Positions 29,909-38,920 of a DNA stretch of 64,000 bases are shown in pieces. Under the pieces are notes generated by a model. The model saw only the letters and a list, made by a program, of their open reading frames with translations, did not search any database and was not told the DNA's origin. A program made the position numbers and the translations under genes. The stretch is from contig BTWA01000002.1 in assembly GCA_045863295.1 (NCBI GenBank), positions 134,499 through 198,498 of the forward strand, given 5' to 3'. Every line of letters starts with the position of its first letter. Positions within the stretch are counted from its first letter, which is position 1. This DNA is from Candidatus Hydrogenedentota bacterium (GTDB taxonomy: Bacteria; Hydrogenedentota; Hydrogenedentia; Hydrogenedentales; SLHB01).

Positions 29909-31060
29909 TCATTGAGGTTTTGGTAAATTGGCCTCGCCTTCGCGAGGCTGGGCAAAAGAACTTGGTCTAGAAGCAATTGCTACAGTTAGTGCGTCGACAT
30001 TGGAAGGAACGAACTCTCCGTGTCGTGCAATCGTGTATTTTTGTACTTCTCCTGGAAGATGAAATACGCCATACACGTTGTCGGGAAAATTGAGACTAGA
30101 CAAAGCAATTGGTTGCCGCCTGCCATCGTCTATGATCTCAACTTCCTCATAGGTGATTTCCCGCTCCAATACGGGTTCTTCTCCCGAATCGTCCGTAAGG
30201 AAGTATTTGAATTGCTTGGGAAAGGGGACTCCGTCTATAGTGTGGTACTCGGCTTCAAAGTGTTGTTGTCTATTCTTATTCCCGGGTTTGAACACCGCCG
30301 ACACAATCACGCAACAGTTTCTCGTATCCAGAATTATGGTCAAATCAACGGTCTTGCCCCATGCCGCACGTTGTATTTCCAGTAGTCCCTCTTGGCTGCC
30401 ATTTAAATACCGATACGTCCATTGCCCAATCGGCTTCGAGTTTCCATCTGACAACCCGTATATCGACTTTGAAAGAGGGTTTGTTCCGCCTGGAGAGGTT
30501 GCTCTCAGAGCGGGGTCTGCATAAAAGTACAACCCTTTCATTTGAGAGCAACGTTTGTTGAACGCCTCGTCGCCCCAAGAATTTTTTTCGTAAATCTCAA
30601 CGACTGGAGCATCCACATACGGCCATAACCCTATCGTGTTTTGGGTTACAATGAAGCGTTCTGCTTTGATACCCTTGACCGGCTCATAAACCAATCCTGT
30701 GGTTCCCGGCGGGGTACCGGTGATTCTATTCATTGCATTGTGGATTTCGTTTTGAACGAACAGGTCGCCGTTGACCATGTTTACCCGGCTGAAGTACTCC
30801 ACAAGTTTTTTTGCATTACCCTTATCAGCGAAATCTTCTGTCCAGGTCTTGGAATATGCTACGAACTTGCAGTTGGCCAGCAACTTCGCATATCGGCTTT
30901 GTTCCGCAAGTACATATTCGAGAATTAGCTCAACAGGTTGGTGGGCTTCAACCGATGGGCCGTCAATTCTTGGGGCCGGAGTTTGACTATGAGCAGACAA
31001 CCCCATGAACACCGCAAAACAAACGCTAACCAGCGGAGACGAAGTAAGCAGAGTTTTCAT
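29909..31060 (-). CDS. Secreted hypothetical protein
   Basis: GGGAG RBS, signal peptide, long open frame co-oriented with the downstream genes. Confidence 0.75.
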   Translation of the reverse strand: MKTLLTSSPLVSVCFAVFMGLSAHSQTPAPRIDGPSVEAHQPVELILEYVLAEQSRYAKLLANCKFVAYSKTWTEDFADKGNAKKLVEYFSRVNMVNGDLFVQNEIHNAMNRITGTPPGTTGLVYEPVKGIKAERFIVTQNTIGLWPYVDAPVVEIYEKNSWGDEAFNKRCSQMKGLYFYADPALRATSPGGTNPLSKSIYGLSDGNSKPIGQWTYRYLNGSQEGLLEIQRAAWGKTVDLTIILDTRNCCVIVSAVFKPGNKNRQQHFEAEYHTIDGVPFPKQFKYFLTDDSGEEPVLEREITYEEVEIIDDGRRQPIALSSLNFPDNVYGVFHLPGEVQKYTIARHGEFVPSNVDALTVAIASRPSSFAQPREGEANLPKPQ

Positions 31061-31109
31061 GAATGACTCCCTTGACAACGCCATTACCTTGTGCTGCTAC
31101 GCAGATGTA

Positions 31110-31139
31110 AGGGTATGTCTTTTTTTTTTTTTTTGTCAA
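31110..31139 (-). promoter_or_regulatory. sigma70-type promoter with a poly-A tract in the spacer
   Basis: Minus strand TTGACA-A14-GACA-TACCCT (18-bp spacer); T15 run at 31120-31134 on the plus strand. Confidence 0.6.
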
Positions 31140-31274
31140 TAGGCATAATTACCTCCATACGGATGCTTCTATACACACTAGTAATCCATACCGTTGCGCA
31201 TTTCTGCCAGGAAGTTTCCGTATTGAGTTAACGTATTGCTGCGAAAGTTCTTGGGACAAGTAGGGGCGAGCCGC

Positions 31275-33404
31275 ATGGTCAGGAACTACGGTCGTATAAT
31301 CGTCTTGGGGCTGGTTGTGATTGGGTTGGCCATTTGGTTGATTTACCTGTTGACCGTTGGCTCCGGTAAAGGCCTTGGAGTTGCCGCACGAGATCCGCTG
31401 CCGCAAATCGAGGGGCCTGGCGGGGGGGTGCGGGAGTCCAAGCCCGTAGCGCATGTTGTGAAGGAGCCAACGATCACGCCCCAGGGGGCTGGAGTTATTG
31501 CAGGGGTGGTGCTGGACCGGCAAGGTGTGCCACTCGCGGGTTCAGATGTATATTCGCTTCGGATCGGCGGCATAGAGAATGTTTTCACGAACGAGCATTC
31601 GACTGCGCAAAGTGTGTCAACGGATTCGACCGGCGAGTTTCGCCTTGAAGGTTTGCGGTGGGGCTGGTATCGGGTATCGGCGGCGAGCGCCAGCTTTGCC
31701 GCGAGCAGTACAGTCGTTCTATCTCCTGCATCCCCCGCTGCGCAAGTATGCCTGACCATGCGGAAATCTGGAGCACTCCATGGTTTGGTTGTGGATGACA
31801 CAGGCGGGCCGGTGCCAAGGGCGGAAATCGTGCCCATAATTCATGATGAACGTGAAATCGGCACGGTGGAGCGGGAGGGGTTTGCCCAGAAAACCTTGGA
31901 TGATGGGACTTTCATTCTTGAAGGGGTGGAGCCGCTCGCGTGGTCATTGCTTATCAAAGCACAAGGCTATGCCGCGCACGTGAGCGACGCCATTCCGGTC
32001 AATGGCCCACCCGTCACCATACGTCTTCAGAAGGGCAACACATTGTCCGGCATCGCTGTGGACGCTTCGACCGCTGTACCCGTAGCCGAATGGGCGTTCG
32101 AAGTCGTGAGCGACGAGGTCACTGCGTTGAAGTATGCGGCGGCGACGGACGAATCAGGCCGGTTTTCTATTGAGAGTCTCATGCCGGGTACGTATCGCTT
32201 TCGTTCGACGCACTCAACATACGTGCTGGCTGACAATACGATTCGTGTGGAGATTCCGGCGTTTGGGCAGGTGACGCCCTCCGTGACAGTGCGTCTGGTG
32301 GGCGGAGCGACGATCCGCGGGCGCGTCTTTGACGCGTCCACAAACGAGCCGCTCGCGGATGTACAGGTCATGGCGGAGAGAAGGTCCTCCACCACCGATG
32401 AAAATGGAATGTATGAAATTACAGGCGTTCCGCCGGGGCAAGTCCGGGTATCCCTGGTTGCCAGACCCCGTGGTTACGGTGGTACGTATGGCAAATCTTC
32501 CAGCGACCGCACCGAATTGCAGGTGGCATCGGGCCAGGTAGTAGAGAATGTGGACTTCGGTCTGGACCGAGGCCTGACACTTTCGGGCGTGGTGGTGGAT
32601 GAAATTGGAAACGGGCTTGCGGGCGTGCAGGTTGATGCCAACGCGTTTGAGACGAGAGACGACGGCATGCGCTTTGCCACAATGAGCGATGTCATCGCCA
32701 CGGACGCGAATGGCGGATTTACGATTGCTAATTGCGAAACGGGAATGGAGTTGTATCTTGTGGCTTCGTCACCGATGGGCCGGTCCGAAGAGTCGGGACC
32801 GCACCGCATGGAGAACGCCGGTATTGAAGGGATTACCCTGGTATTGTCAGCGGAATTGTCGGCGTCGATTGCCGGACAGACGGTGGACGGTATGGGCCGT
32901 CCAGTGCGCGCCACCGTCATTGCAAAGCATCAGGAGACGGTTGCTTCGGTTGGAAGCGCGACTCAGACCACCGACAGCGACGGCATGTTTGTATTTGCCG
33001 GGCTTGCTCCGGGCGCGTATGTGCTGACAGTGGGAAGATATGAGCCAAGAGGGTTGATTCGGGCGACGATTCCGGCAGACCAAGTTACGTTGCGTGCGGG
33101 TCAAAGCGTCACAGGCAGACGGCTCGTGCTGGATGAAAGGGACTCTCTGTCCATAGCGGGTTTCGTTGTGAATTCGGAAGGCGATCCTGTTCAGGGCGCG
33201 AATGTCGAGGCGGAAGGGATCGACGAAGACGGCCAAATTGTCATGCGTACCGACATTTCGCGTAGGGATGGCTCGTACGAAATCATTGGTCTATCCGTTG
33301 GAGAGTATACGGTGTATGTGGCCGGTAGTCAGCCATCGATTTCTCAGAGAAATGTACCCGCAGGTTCCACAGGCATTGACTTTGTCTTGCCTGAGAGTGA
33401 GTGA
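31275..33404 (+). CDS. Membrane-anchored protein with tandem carboxypeptidase-regulatory-like (Cna-B-like) repeats
   Basis: About six repeats of IxGxVxDxxGxPxxGAxV..TDxxGxFxxxGLxxGxY; N-terminal TM. Confidence 0.85.
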   Translation: MVRNYGRIIVLGLVVIGLAIWLIYLLTVGSGKGLGVAARDPLPQIEGPGGGVRESKPVAHVVKEPTITPQGAGVIAGVVLDRQGVPLAGSDVYSLRIGGIENVFTNEHSTAQSVSTDSTGEFRLEGLRWGWYRVSAASASFAASSTVVLSPASPAAQVCLTMRKSGALHGLVVDDTGGPVPRAEIVPIIHDEREIGTVEREGFAQKTLDDGTFILEGVEPLAWSLLIKAQGYAAHVSDAIPVNGPPVTIRLQKGNTLSGIAVDASTAVPVAEWAFEVVSDEVTALKYAAATDESGRFSIESLMPGTYRFRSTHSTYVLADNTIRVEIPAFGQVTPSVTVRLVGGATIRGRVFDASTNEPLADVQVMAERRSSTTDENGMYEITGVPPGQVRVSLVARPRGYGGTYGKSSSDRTELQVASGQVVENVDFGLDRGLTLSGVVVDEIGNGLAGVQVDANAFETRDDGMRFATMSDVIATDANGGFTIANCETGMELYLVASSPMGRSEESGPHRMENAGIEGITLVLSAELSASIAGQTVDGMGRPVRATVIAKHQETVASVGSATQTTDSDGMFVFAGLAPGAYVLTVGRYEPRGLIRATIPADQVTLRAGQSVTGRRLVLDERDSLSIAGFVVNSEGDPVQGANVEAEGIDEDGQIVMRTDISRRDGSYEIIGLSVGEYTVYVAGSQPSISQRNVPAGSTGIDFVLPESE

Positions 33405-33573
33405 GATACGCCTATTGCTTGGTAAATGATCTGGAATTCGCGAGAACCTAGCGTTGATTTGTCAGCCGGATGTCTTGTAGAAGCATCGGCCAAAATATGA
33501 AATAATCGAACACAGAATCGTGTGCAATACTTAATTGTACTAGTTTATTCGATGGGTTGCGGCGGGGATATTC

Positions 33574-34380
33574 ATGTTTGGGACGCCCACAAAGCTGTTG
33601 ACCGCGAAAGAGCTGACCGTGCTGATTGGCGTGGCGGCCGCGTTGACGTTGGGGGCGGGCACGATTTGGTTTCTGGGGGTCGCGCCGCCGCCCACCGAAT
33701 CGGCTCGTGAGGCGCCGCCTTCGGAAGCAACCAAGAGCGAATTGCCTGCGCCCGCCCCTGCGGTTGAACCCAATACTCCTTCGATGATACCTCCATCCGA
33801 TCCGGCTCCGGCCCCTCGATCAGAGGAAGAGACCACGATTACGGTGGCGGTTCGCGGTGCGGTCAAGAATCCCGGCGTCTATGCCATGAAGGCGAAAGAT
33901 CGCGTGAGCGATTTGTTTCGTGCGGCGGGCGGGCTGAGCGAGAATGCCGACACCTCGGACATCAACTTGGTGGCTCGGCTGGCGGATGGCACAACGTTGT
34001 CCGTGCCCTGGTTCGCGACGAGTGCCGTCGTTGAAGGGACGCTGGTCGTGCGGAGCGGCACCTCGGGGCGTGTGAGCAACCCCGCGATATACACATTGTC
34101 CAGCGGAGGCGCTGTCTCCGAAGTGGATGCGCCGGCAACGGCAGCACACGCGCAGGCGCAAGCCGCGCAACAAACCGCAACGGGCGGCCCGCTCAACCTG
34201 AACACGGCCACGAAAGAGCAATTGGAAACGCTGCCTGGCATCGGCCCGAAAACGGCGGACAAAATCCTCGAGTACCGCAAGGCGGGTCAATTCAAATCGG
34301 TGGAAGATCTCACCAACGTCAGCGGCATCGGGCCGAAGAAACTGGAAGCCCTGAGGCCGCACGTAACGGTGGGACCGTAA
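33574..34380 (+). CDS. comEA: Competence DNA-binding protein ComEA
   Basis: TM, SLBB domain (VAVRGAVKNPGVY..AGG), HhH motifs LNLNTAT..LPGIGPK and VSGIGPKK. Confidence 0.92.
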   Translation: MFGTPTKLLTAKELTVLIGVAAALTLGAGTIWFLGVAPPPTESAREAPPSEATKSELPAPAPAVEPNTPSMIPPSDPAPAPRSEEETTITVAVRGAVKNPGVYAMKAKDRVSDLFRAAGGLSENADTSDINLVARLADGTTLSVPWFATSAVVEGTLVVRSGTSGRVSNPAIYTLSSGGAVSEVDAPATAAHAQAQAAQQTATGGPLNLNTATKEQLETLPGIGPKTADKILEYRKAGQFKSVEDLTNVSGIGPKKLEALRPHVTVGP

Positions 34381-34392
34381 AGACGCCCTGCG

Positions 34393-35820
34393 TCACTTGA
34401 ATTGAATGGCGTAGAGGTCCGCGTCCTTCATATCGAAATGCAGCCGCACTGTTTTGCCTGCCAGGGCGCTTACATCCGCGTTGCCCTTCCAAGTGGCCTT
34501 GCGCGCGATAAAGTCGCCGATGAGTTCATCGGAATCGTTGCGGGTATAGCCGGGAATGGGCTGACCGTTTTCCTCCTGAATCTCCACCCAGAGGCTGCCC
34601 GCGGCAGACGTGGCCATGTTGAGGAACAATTCCTTCCCGGAGAAGCGCAGCGGCTTCGTGGTGAATGTGCCGCCCTTGTAAGGCGCGTTAATGGATGCGA
34701 ATCCGTCCGTGCGCAGCGTCAGGCGTTGCAGGTGGTGCGTGGTTTGGCCGTAGTTTCGCTGCACGTACATCGACAGTTCGCCTTCGCCGGTTTCCACAAC
34801 GCCGCGAGCGGGATAGTTCGTTCGCGACGTCCAATTGTTCAGGCCGAGGCCCGGGCGGATGAACGCGTTCATAAATGTGCGATCGTAGACGCTGCCGCCT
34901 CGAGTCGTCATGAAGACCGTGTCCGAACAATCTCCTGAATACTGCGCTTCGCTTCCGATGGCCTGCGCTTCCGTTTCGTTGATCACGCGCCGCCCCGGCA
35001 TGAATCGCGCGGCGATGGCGAGATAGATGTGCGGCGCGCGCGAGTAGGGAATTGTCTGGTTGGTGTACAGGTGTTCCGCGGGCGTGTCGCCGAAGGTCAT
35101 GCGGACCGGTTCGCTCCACGTGCGGAAATCCGGCGAGGTGGTCCGGCTGATGGCGCGAACCTTGTCGTAGAAAGACCTGAAGTAGCAGAGATACAGTCCC
35201 TCCGATTCCGACCAGAACACGACGTTCTGCGAATCGAACTTGTGCACGTCGGTTGCCATAAGTATGGGCTGATCGAGCCTCGTCCATCGCAACCCATCTT
35301 CGGATACAAACCCGAAGAGGCCCGTGTCCACGGTACCGGCCGCGGCCTTGTACCGTTCGTTCGCGGGTGCGTCTTGCCGCGTATCCACGATGGGGGCGAA
35401 GTTGTGGGAGTATGGCGTGGCATGAAATAGAATGACATTGTTGTCTTTCGATCCCAAGACTTCGTGCAGACCCACCATGGGTTTGGTCCATGCGATTCCA
35501 TCCATGCTTTCCGCGACACACGTCGTTTCAAAATCGGATCCGTCCTTGCCGGCCTCCGGCAGGCCGCGGTAATACGCGCGAAAGCGATCGCCGTCCTTCA
35601 GCACGGTTACATAAGCGCTGTAGCGGCCTTCCCACCGCTTATCAAAGGAGAAGGCCGTTTCACGACCCACCGGTTCATGCAATACATGGTGCGTTCCGTT
35701 CATTGCGCCGATCAGATGTGCATCGACAAACGGTTCCAGGCGGGAGTCTATCCGGACAGGATCACTCGAAGCCCAGGCTGCAAGGAACGCGACGGAGAAA
35801 AGGCACACGCAGGTTTTCAC
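34393..35820 (-). CDS. Secreted five-bladed beta-propeller glycoside-hydrolase-like protein
   Basis: SxDGxxW repeats, FDSQN, YTNQ, LRTDGFAS C-terminal module; GTG start inferred. Confidence 0.75.
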   Translation of the reverse strand: MKTCVCLFSVAFLAAWASSDPVRIDSRLEPFVDAHLIGAMNGTHHVLHEPVGRETAFSFDKRWEGRYSAYVTVLKDGDRFRAYYRGLPEAGKDGSDFETTCVAESMDGIAWTKPMVGLHEVLGSKDNNVILFHATPYSHNFAPIVDTRQDAPANERYKAAAGTVDTGLFGFVSEDGLRWTRLDQPILMATDVHKFDSQNVVFWSESEGLYLCYFRSFYDKVRAISRTTSPDFRTWSEPVRMTFGDTPAEHLYTNQTIPYSRAPHIYLAIAARFMPGRRVINETEAQAIGSEAQYSGDCSDTVFMTTRGGSVYDRTFMNAFIRPGLGLNNWTSRTNYPARGVVETGEGELSMYVQRNYGQTTHHLQRLTLRTDGFASINAPYKGGTFTTKPLRFSGKELFLNMATSAAGSLWVEIQEENGQPIPGYTRNDSDELIGDFIARKATWKGNADVSALAGKTVRLHFDMKDADLYAIQFK

Positions 35821-35997
35821 GGCTGAAATCCCCCCAAGGTGAAACGCACGCACACCTATCGTTATGCACTGCCGCGCAGGGATTTGTCCAGCCTTGCCGC
35901 CAGATCCGCCGCAAGGGAAACCTTGGGGCGGTTTCGAGGGATACCGTATACTCAGGCGCTTGGGCGGCGGTTCAATTGCGGAGCGAATCTGGTGTCA

Positions 35998-36117
35998 ATG
36001 TCGCGGGATCGACGGTGGTTCGAATGGAAACTGGCCACGGTTGTCTTTGTGGCAATTTTGGCCTTGGTAGGGTTCATTCGCATTGCCGTGCGCTTCTCAT
36101 TGGGCGCCGCGCCGTGA
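35998..36117 (+). CDS. 39-aa single-TM small protein
   Basis: MSRDRRWFEWKLATVVFVAILALVGFIRIAVRFSLGAAP; GTGA overlap with the next gene; TATACT upstream. Confidence 0.5.
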   Translation: MSRDRRWFEWKLATVVFVAILALVGFIRIAVRFSLGAAP

Positions 36118-38033
36118 AGCGGTTCATGCCGTTTGCCGCCGAGGCGGCGTTGTATGCGCTTGCGTTTGCGGCGCCATGGGCGGTGTACGCGACCATTCCC
36201 ACAACCAGCGTCTCGCTGGAGTCGGGCTTAACGGCCGCCATTACGCTTCTTGCGTTTCTCGATCTTGCCCGCAGCCAGCGGTTGCGCGTGCCCTTCGAGT
36301 TCACATGGCCCGTGGTAGCCCTGCTTGGCGTGGCGTGGGCCGATGCGTATTTGACGCGCGAGCCGTGGCCCCTGCGCATCACGTCGCTTTCCCTCCTGTT
36401 CGTATCCGTCATTCAACTGGTGCGCGGTCCTGCCTGCGTGCGCGAATGCCTGCGCCTGACGGCCCTGGCCGGCGGCGGCGTGGCGCTGGCCTCGATCCTG
36501 AGCCGCGCCGGGTATCTGGTGCCTACCGTAGCACTGGTTGACGGTCAATTGCCGGCGTCCCTTGCTAGTCGCGAATTACAGGGCATATTCCGGCTGCCTT
36601 ATCTTGCATCGCCCCAGTCTTGGCCACAGGGGTTTGCGTCACTTTTCCTTGGCATGATTTGCGGACTCGGCTTTATGGGAATGCGCAACAACACGCATAG
36701 AGCGCGGTTGCGCGCGGCGGTCGATGTCGGTTTGCCCGCCTTTGTGATTGCGACCTCCGCACTCTGGATTAAGTCCGCCATTCGGGAGTGGGCACCATCT
36801 CCCGTCGAACCGCTGGATCCGGAAGCGTGGGTGCAAGTGGGAATCATCGCTTGGATCGTCGCGCGGGTTGCGGCCAAACTGGAAGCCGACCGCCGGGAAA
36901 CACACAGCGGGTTTCACGGAGTGCTACAAGCGCTGCTAATCACGCTTGTCCTGGCAGCGGCCTTCTACCCCAATGTCGTAGGCCCAGCGCACGTCTTTCT
37001 GCTGGCATTGGCGGCCGCGTACGCGTGCCCACATCCGCAGACGCCGCCCTGGTCAGGGCGTGCGGCGCTTGCCGGCACGTTACCCGTATTTGCGCTGGTC
37101 ATTGTCAACGCCCTCGTCGTCAATCCGAGCAACCTTTCCGATCCGCGAAACTTCAGTGCGGCCATACAAGCCGACCTGGAGAAAGACATGCCGGAAGTCG
37201 CTTTGAATCGAATTCGTCTGTGGGAATCGTTTGACGGAGACGGACGTGCCATTGCCCTGTCGCGATCGCGCATTGCCTTGGCCCAGGACCAGCCCATTCT
37301 TGCATCCATCTATTTCACGGACGCCTGCGCCGCTCGGATAAGCGATCAACCTGGTATGGCAAGCGCTGCTATCGGCCAGCCCGATAAGGACGCGTATGTC
37401 CGGGCGTTCCGAGCGTGGCAACCCGAGGTAGGGGCGGACGGAAAATACAACCTGGCTCTGGCGAGAGTCCTGATTGCAGCCGGCGACCGCGACGGCGCTT
37501 TGTCCTGGTTGGAAGCGCACACGGAACCGCTGCCCGTTCCTGCTGGCATTCAAGATACCGCGGCGATCGCATATGCCGCCGCGCGGCTGCTCCTTGCACC
37601 GGATTTGAAAGAAGATCTCAGCGAATGGCCGTTGGAACGCCTGATGGGATTGTTGCGATCCTGGGGCGCGCACGTTGAGCCGCCCCCCGAAGGTTTTCCC
37701 AAAAAGGCCCTGCCGCTCGCCGCTTGGGGTCAGATCACGCAAGACGCTTTCGAGTTCGGCGTCGCGGCGGGCGAATGCGGATCGACGGCATCCTTGGCCG
37801 GGCCCGTGCGGCCGTCTGACTGGTCCGGGACTGTGGAAGAGTCAGACTGGCTATGGACGCGCGATGAATCCGCGGAATATTGGGACGCGCAATTCTTTGT
37901 GAGCGAAGGCGGCGTCCGGCGGGTGTTCGGCGACATCGGGGTTGCGGGGAATTGCGATTTGCGGCAGCAAGGCGGCGGACCTGGCCCGAATCTGGCTCCG
38001 ATCGACCCATTTATACGCGTGTTGCTTCCCTGA
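36114..38033 (+). CDS. Polytopic membrane protein (O-antigen-ligase-like N-terminal part, helical C-terminal part)
   Basis: Multiple TM helices; GTG start inferred from the overlap. Confidence 0.6.
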   Translation: MKRFMPFAAEAALYALAFAAPWAVYATIPTTSVSLESGLTAAITLLAFLDLARSQRLRVPFEFTWPVVALLGVAWADAYLTREPWPLRITSLSLLFVSVIQLVRGPACVRECLRLTALAGGGVALASILSRAGYLVPTVALVDGQLPASLASRELQGIFRLPYLASPQSWPQGFASLFLGMICGLGFMGMRNNTHRARLRAAVDVGLPAFVIATSALWIKSAIREWAPSPVEPLDPEAWVQVGIIAWIVARVAAKLEADRRETHSGFHGVLQALLITLVLAAAFYPNVVGPAHVFLLALAAAYACPHPQTPPWSGRAALAGTLPVFALVIVNALVVNPSNLSDPRNFSAAIQADLEKDMPEVALNRIRLWESFDGDGRAIALSRSRIALAQDQPILASIYFTDACAARISDQPGMASAAIGQPDKDAYVRAFRAWQPEVGADGKYNLALARVLIAAGDRDGALSWLEAHTEPLPVPAGIQDTAAIAYAAARLLLAPDLKEDLSEWPLERLMGLLRSWGAHVEPPPEGFPKKALPLAAWGQITQDAFEFGVAAGECGSTASLAGPVRPSDWSGTVEESDWLWTRDESAEYWDAQFFVSEGGVRRVFGDIGVAGNCDLRQQGGGPGPNLAPIDPFIRVLLP

Positions 38034-38171
38034 CCGGAGTTTGACCCCTTTTCACCGCGAATGGCACAATATCCGTTCGCTTGATTGACACGCACGGGCT
38101 TTGTGCAGGCAGCCCTTTTCCCGTGCACCCTGTATTCTTGATCGGCGGTAACCCCGAGAGGCGCATCTTTC

Positions 38172-38780
38172 ATGAACATGCATTGGCTTCGAAACGAAGA
38201 CGAAGAGGAAGGCGAAGAGAAAAAGGAAAAGAACGGCTTTCCGTCTTTTCTGTTGAAAACCCGCACCATCGTATTGTCCGGGCAAGTAGATCAGGAGTTG
38301 GCTGAAAAGGTCATTTCCCAGTTGATCGTGCTCGATAACGACAACTCCGATCCCATCAAGATCATTGTGACGACCCAAGGCGGCCACGTGGATTCTGGCT
38401 ATGCCATTCACGACATGATGCGGTTTGTTCGGTCCGAGGTGTATACGATTGGCGCGGGGTGGGTGGCGAGCATTGGCGTGCCGATTCTGTTGGGCGCGCC
38501 CAAAAAAGAAAACCGCGTCTCGCTTCCGAACACGCGATTCCTTTTGCACCAGCCCAGCGGCGGCGCGGGCGGTCAACTGCAGGACCTGCGCATTGAAGCC
38601 CAGGAGATTCTCAAGATCCGGCAGAAACTGAATGAATTGATTGCGACGGAATCCGGCCAGACCGTGGACAAAATCGCGCATGACAGCGACCGCAACTTCT
38701 GGATGTCCGCCGAAGAGGCCAGGAAATACGGCTTGGTTTCCCGTGTCATCAAGAACGTGCAGGAACTTGGCGGTAAGTAA
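38172..38780 (+). CDS. clpP: ATP-dependent Clp protease proteolytic subunit
   Basis: GGHVDSG, VASIG (Ser), PNTRFLLHQPSGG (His), DRNFWMSAEEA..YGL. Confidence 0.93.
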   Translation: MNMHWLRNEDEEEGEEKKEKNGFPSFLLKTRTIVLSGQVDQELAEKVISQLIVLDNDNSDPIKIIVTTQGGHVDSGYAIHDMMRFVRSEVYTIGAGWVASIGVPILLGAPKKENRVSLPNTRFLLHQPSGGAGGQLQDLRIEAQEILKIRQKLNELIATESGQTVDKIAHDSDRNFWMSAEEARKYGLVSRVIKNVQELGGK

Positions 38781-38802
38781 CAGATTCGGATTGTATCGAT
38801 TG

Positions 38803-38837
38803 ACCGGCCGTGGGGTAGAACTCACGGCCGGTTTTTT
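38803..38837 (+). terminator. Intrinsic terminator after clpP
   Basis: ACCGGCCGTGGG..CTCACGGCCGGT followed by a T run. Confidence 0.85.
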
Positions 38838-38920
38838 ATTGCACCGTTGAGCCATATGCGGCGATGGTGTTTAATGGCCGGCGGTACGAAGTTCAAGAAC
38901 ACCAGCAAGGACAACGACGA

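Noticed and set aside
35490..36113. N-terminal extension of the 847-aa ORF
   Set aside because: It overlaps the minus-strand hydrolase gene and looks non-protein-like; the start is more likely at 36114.
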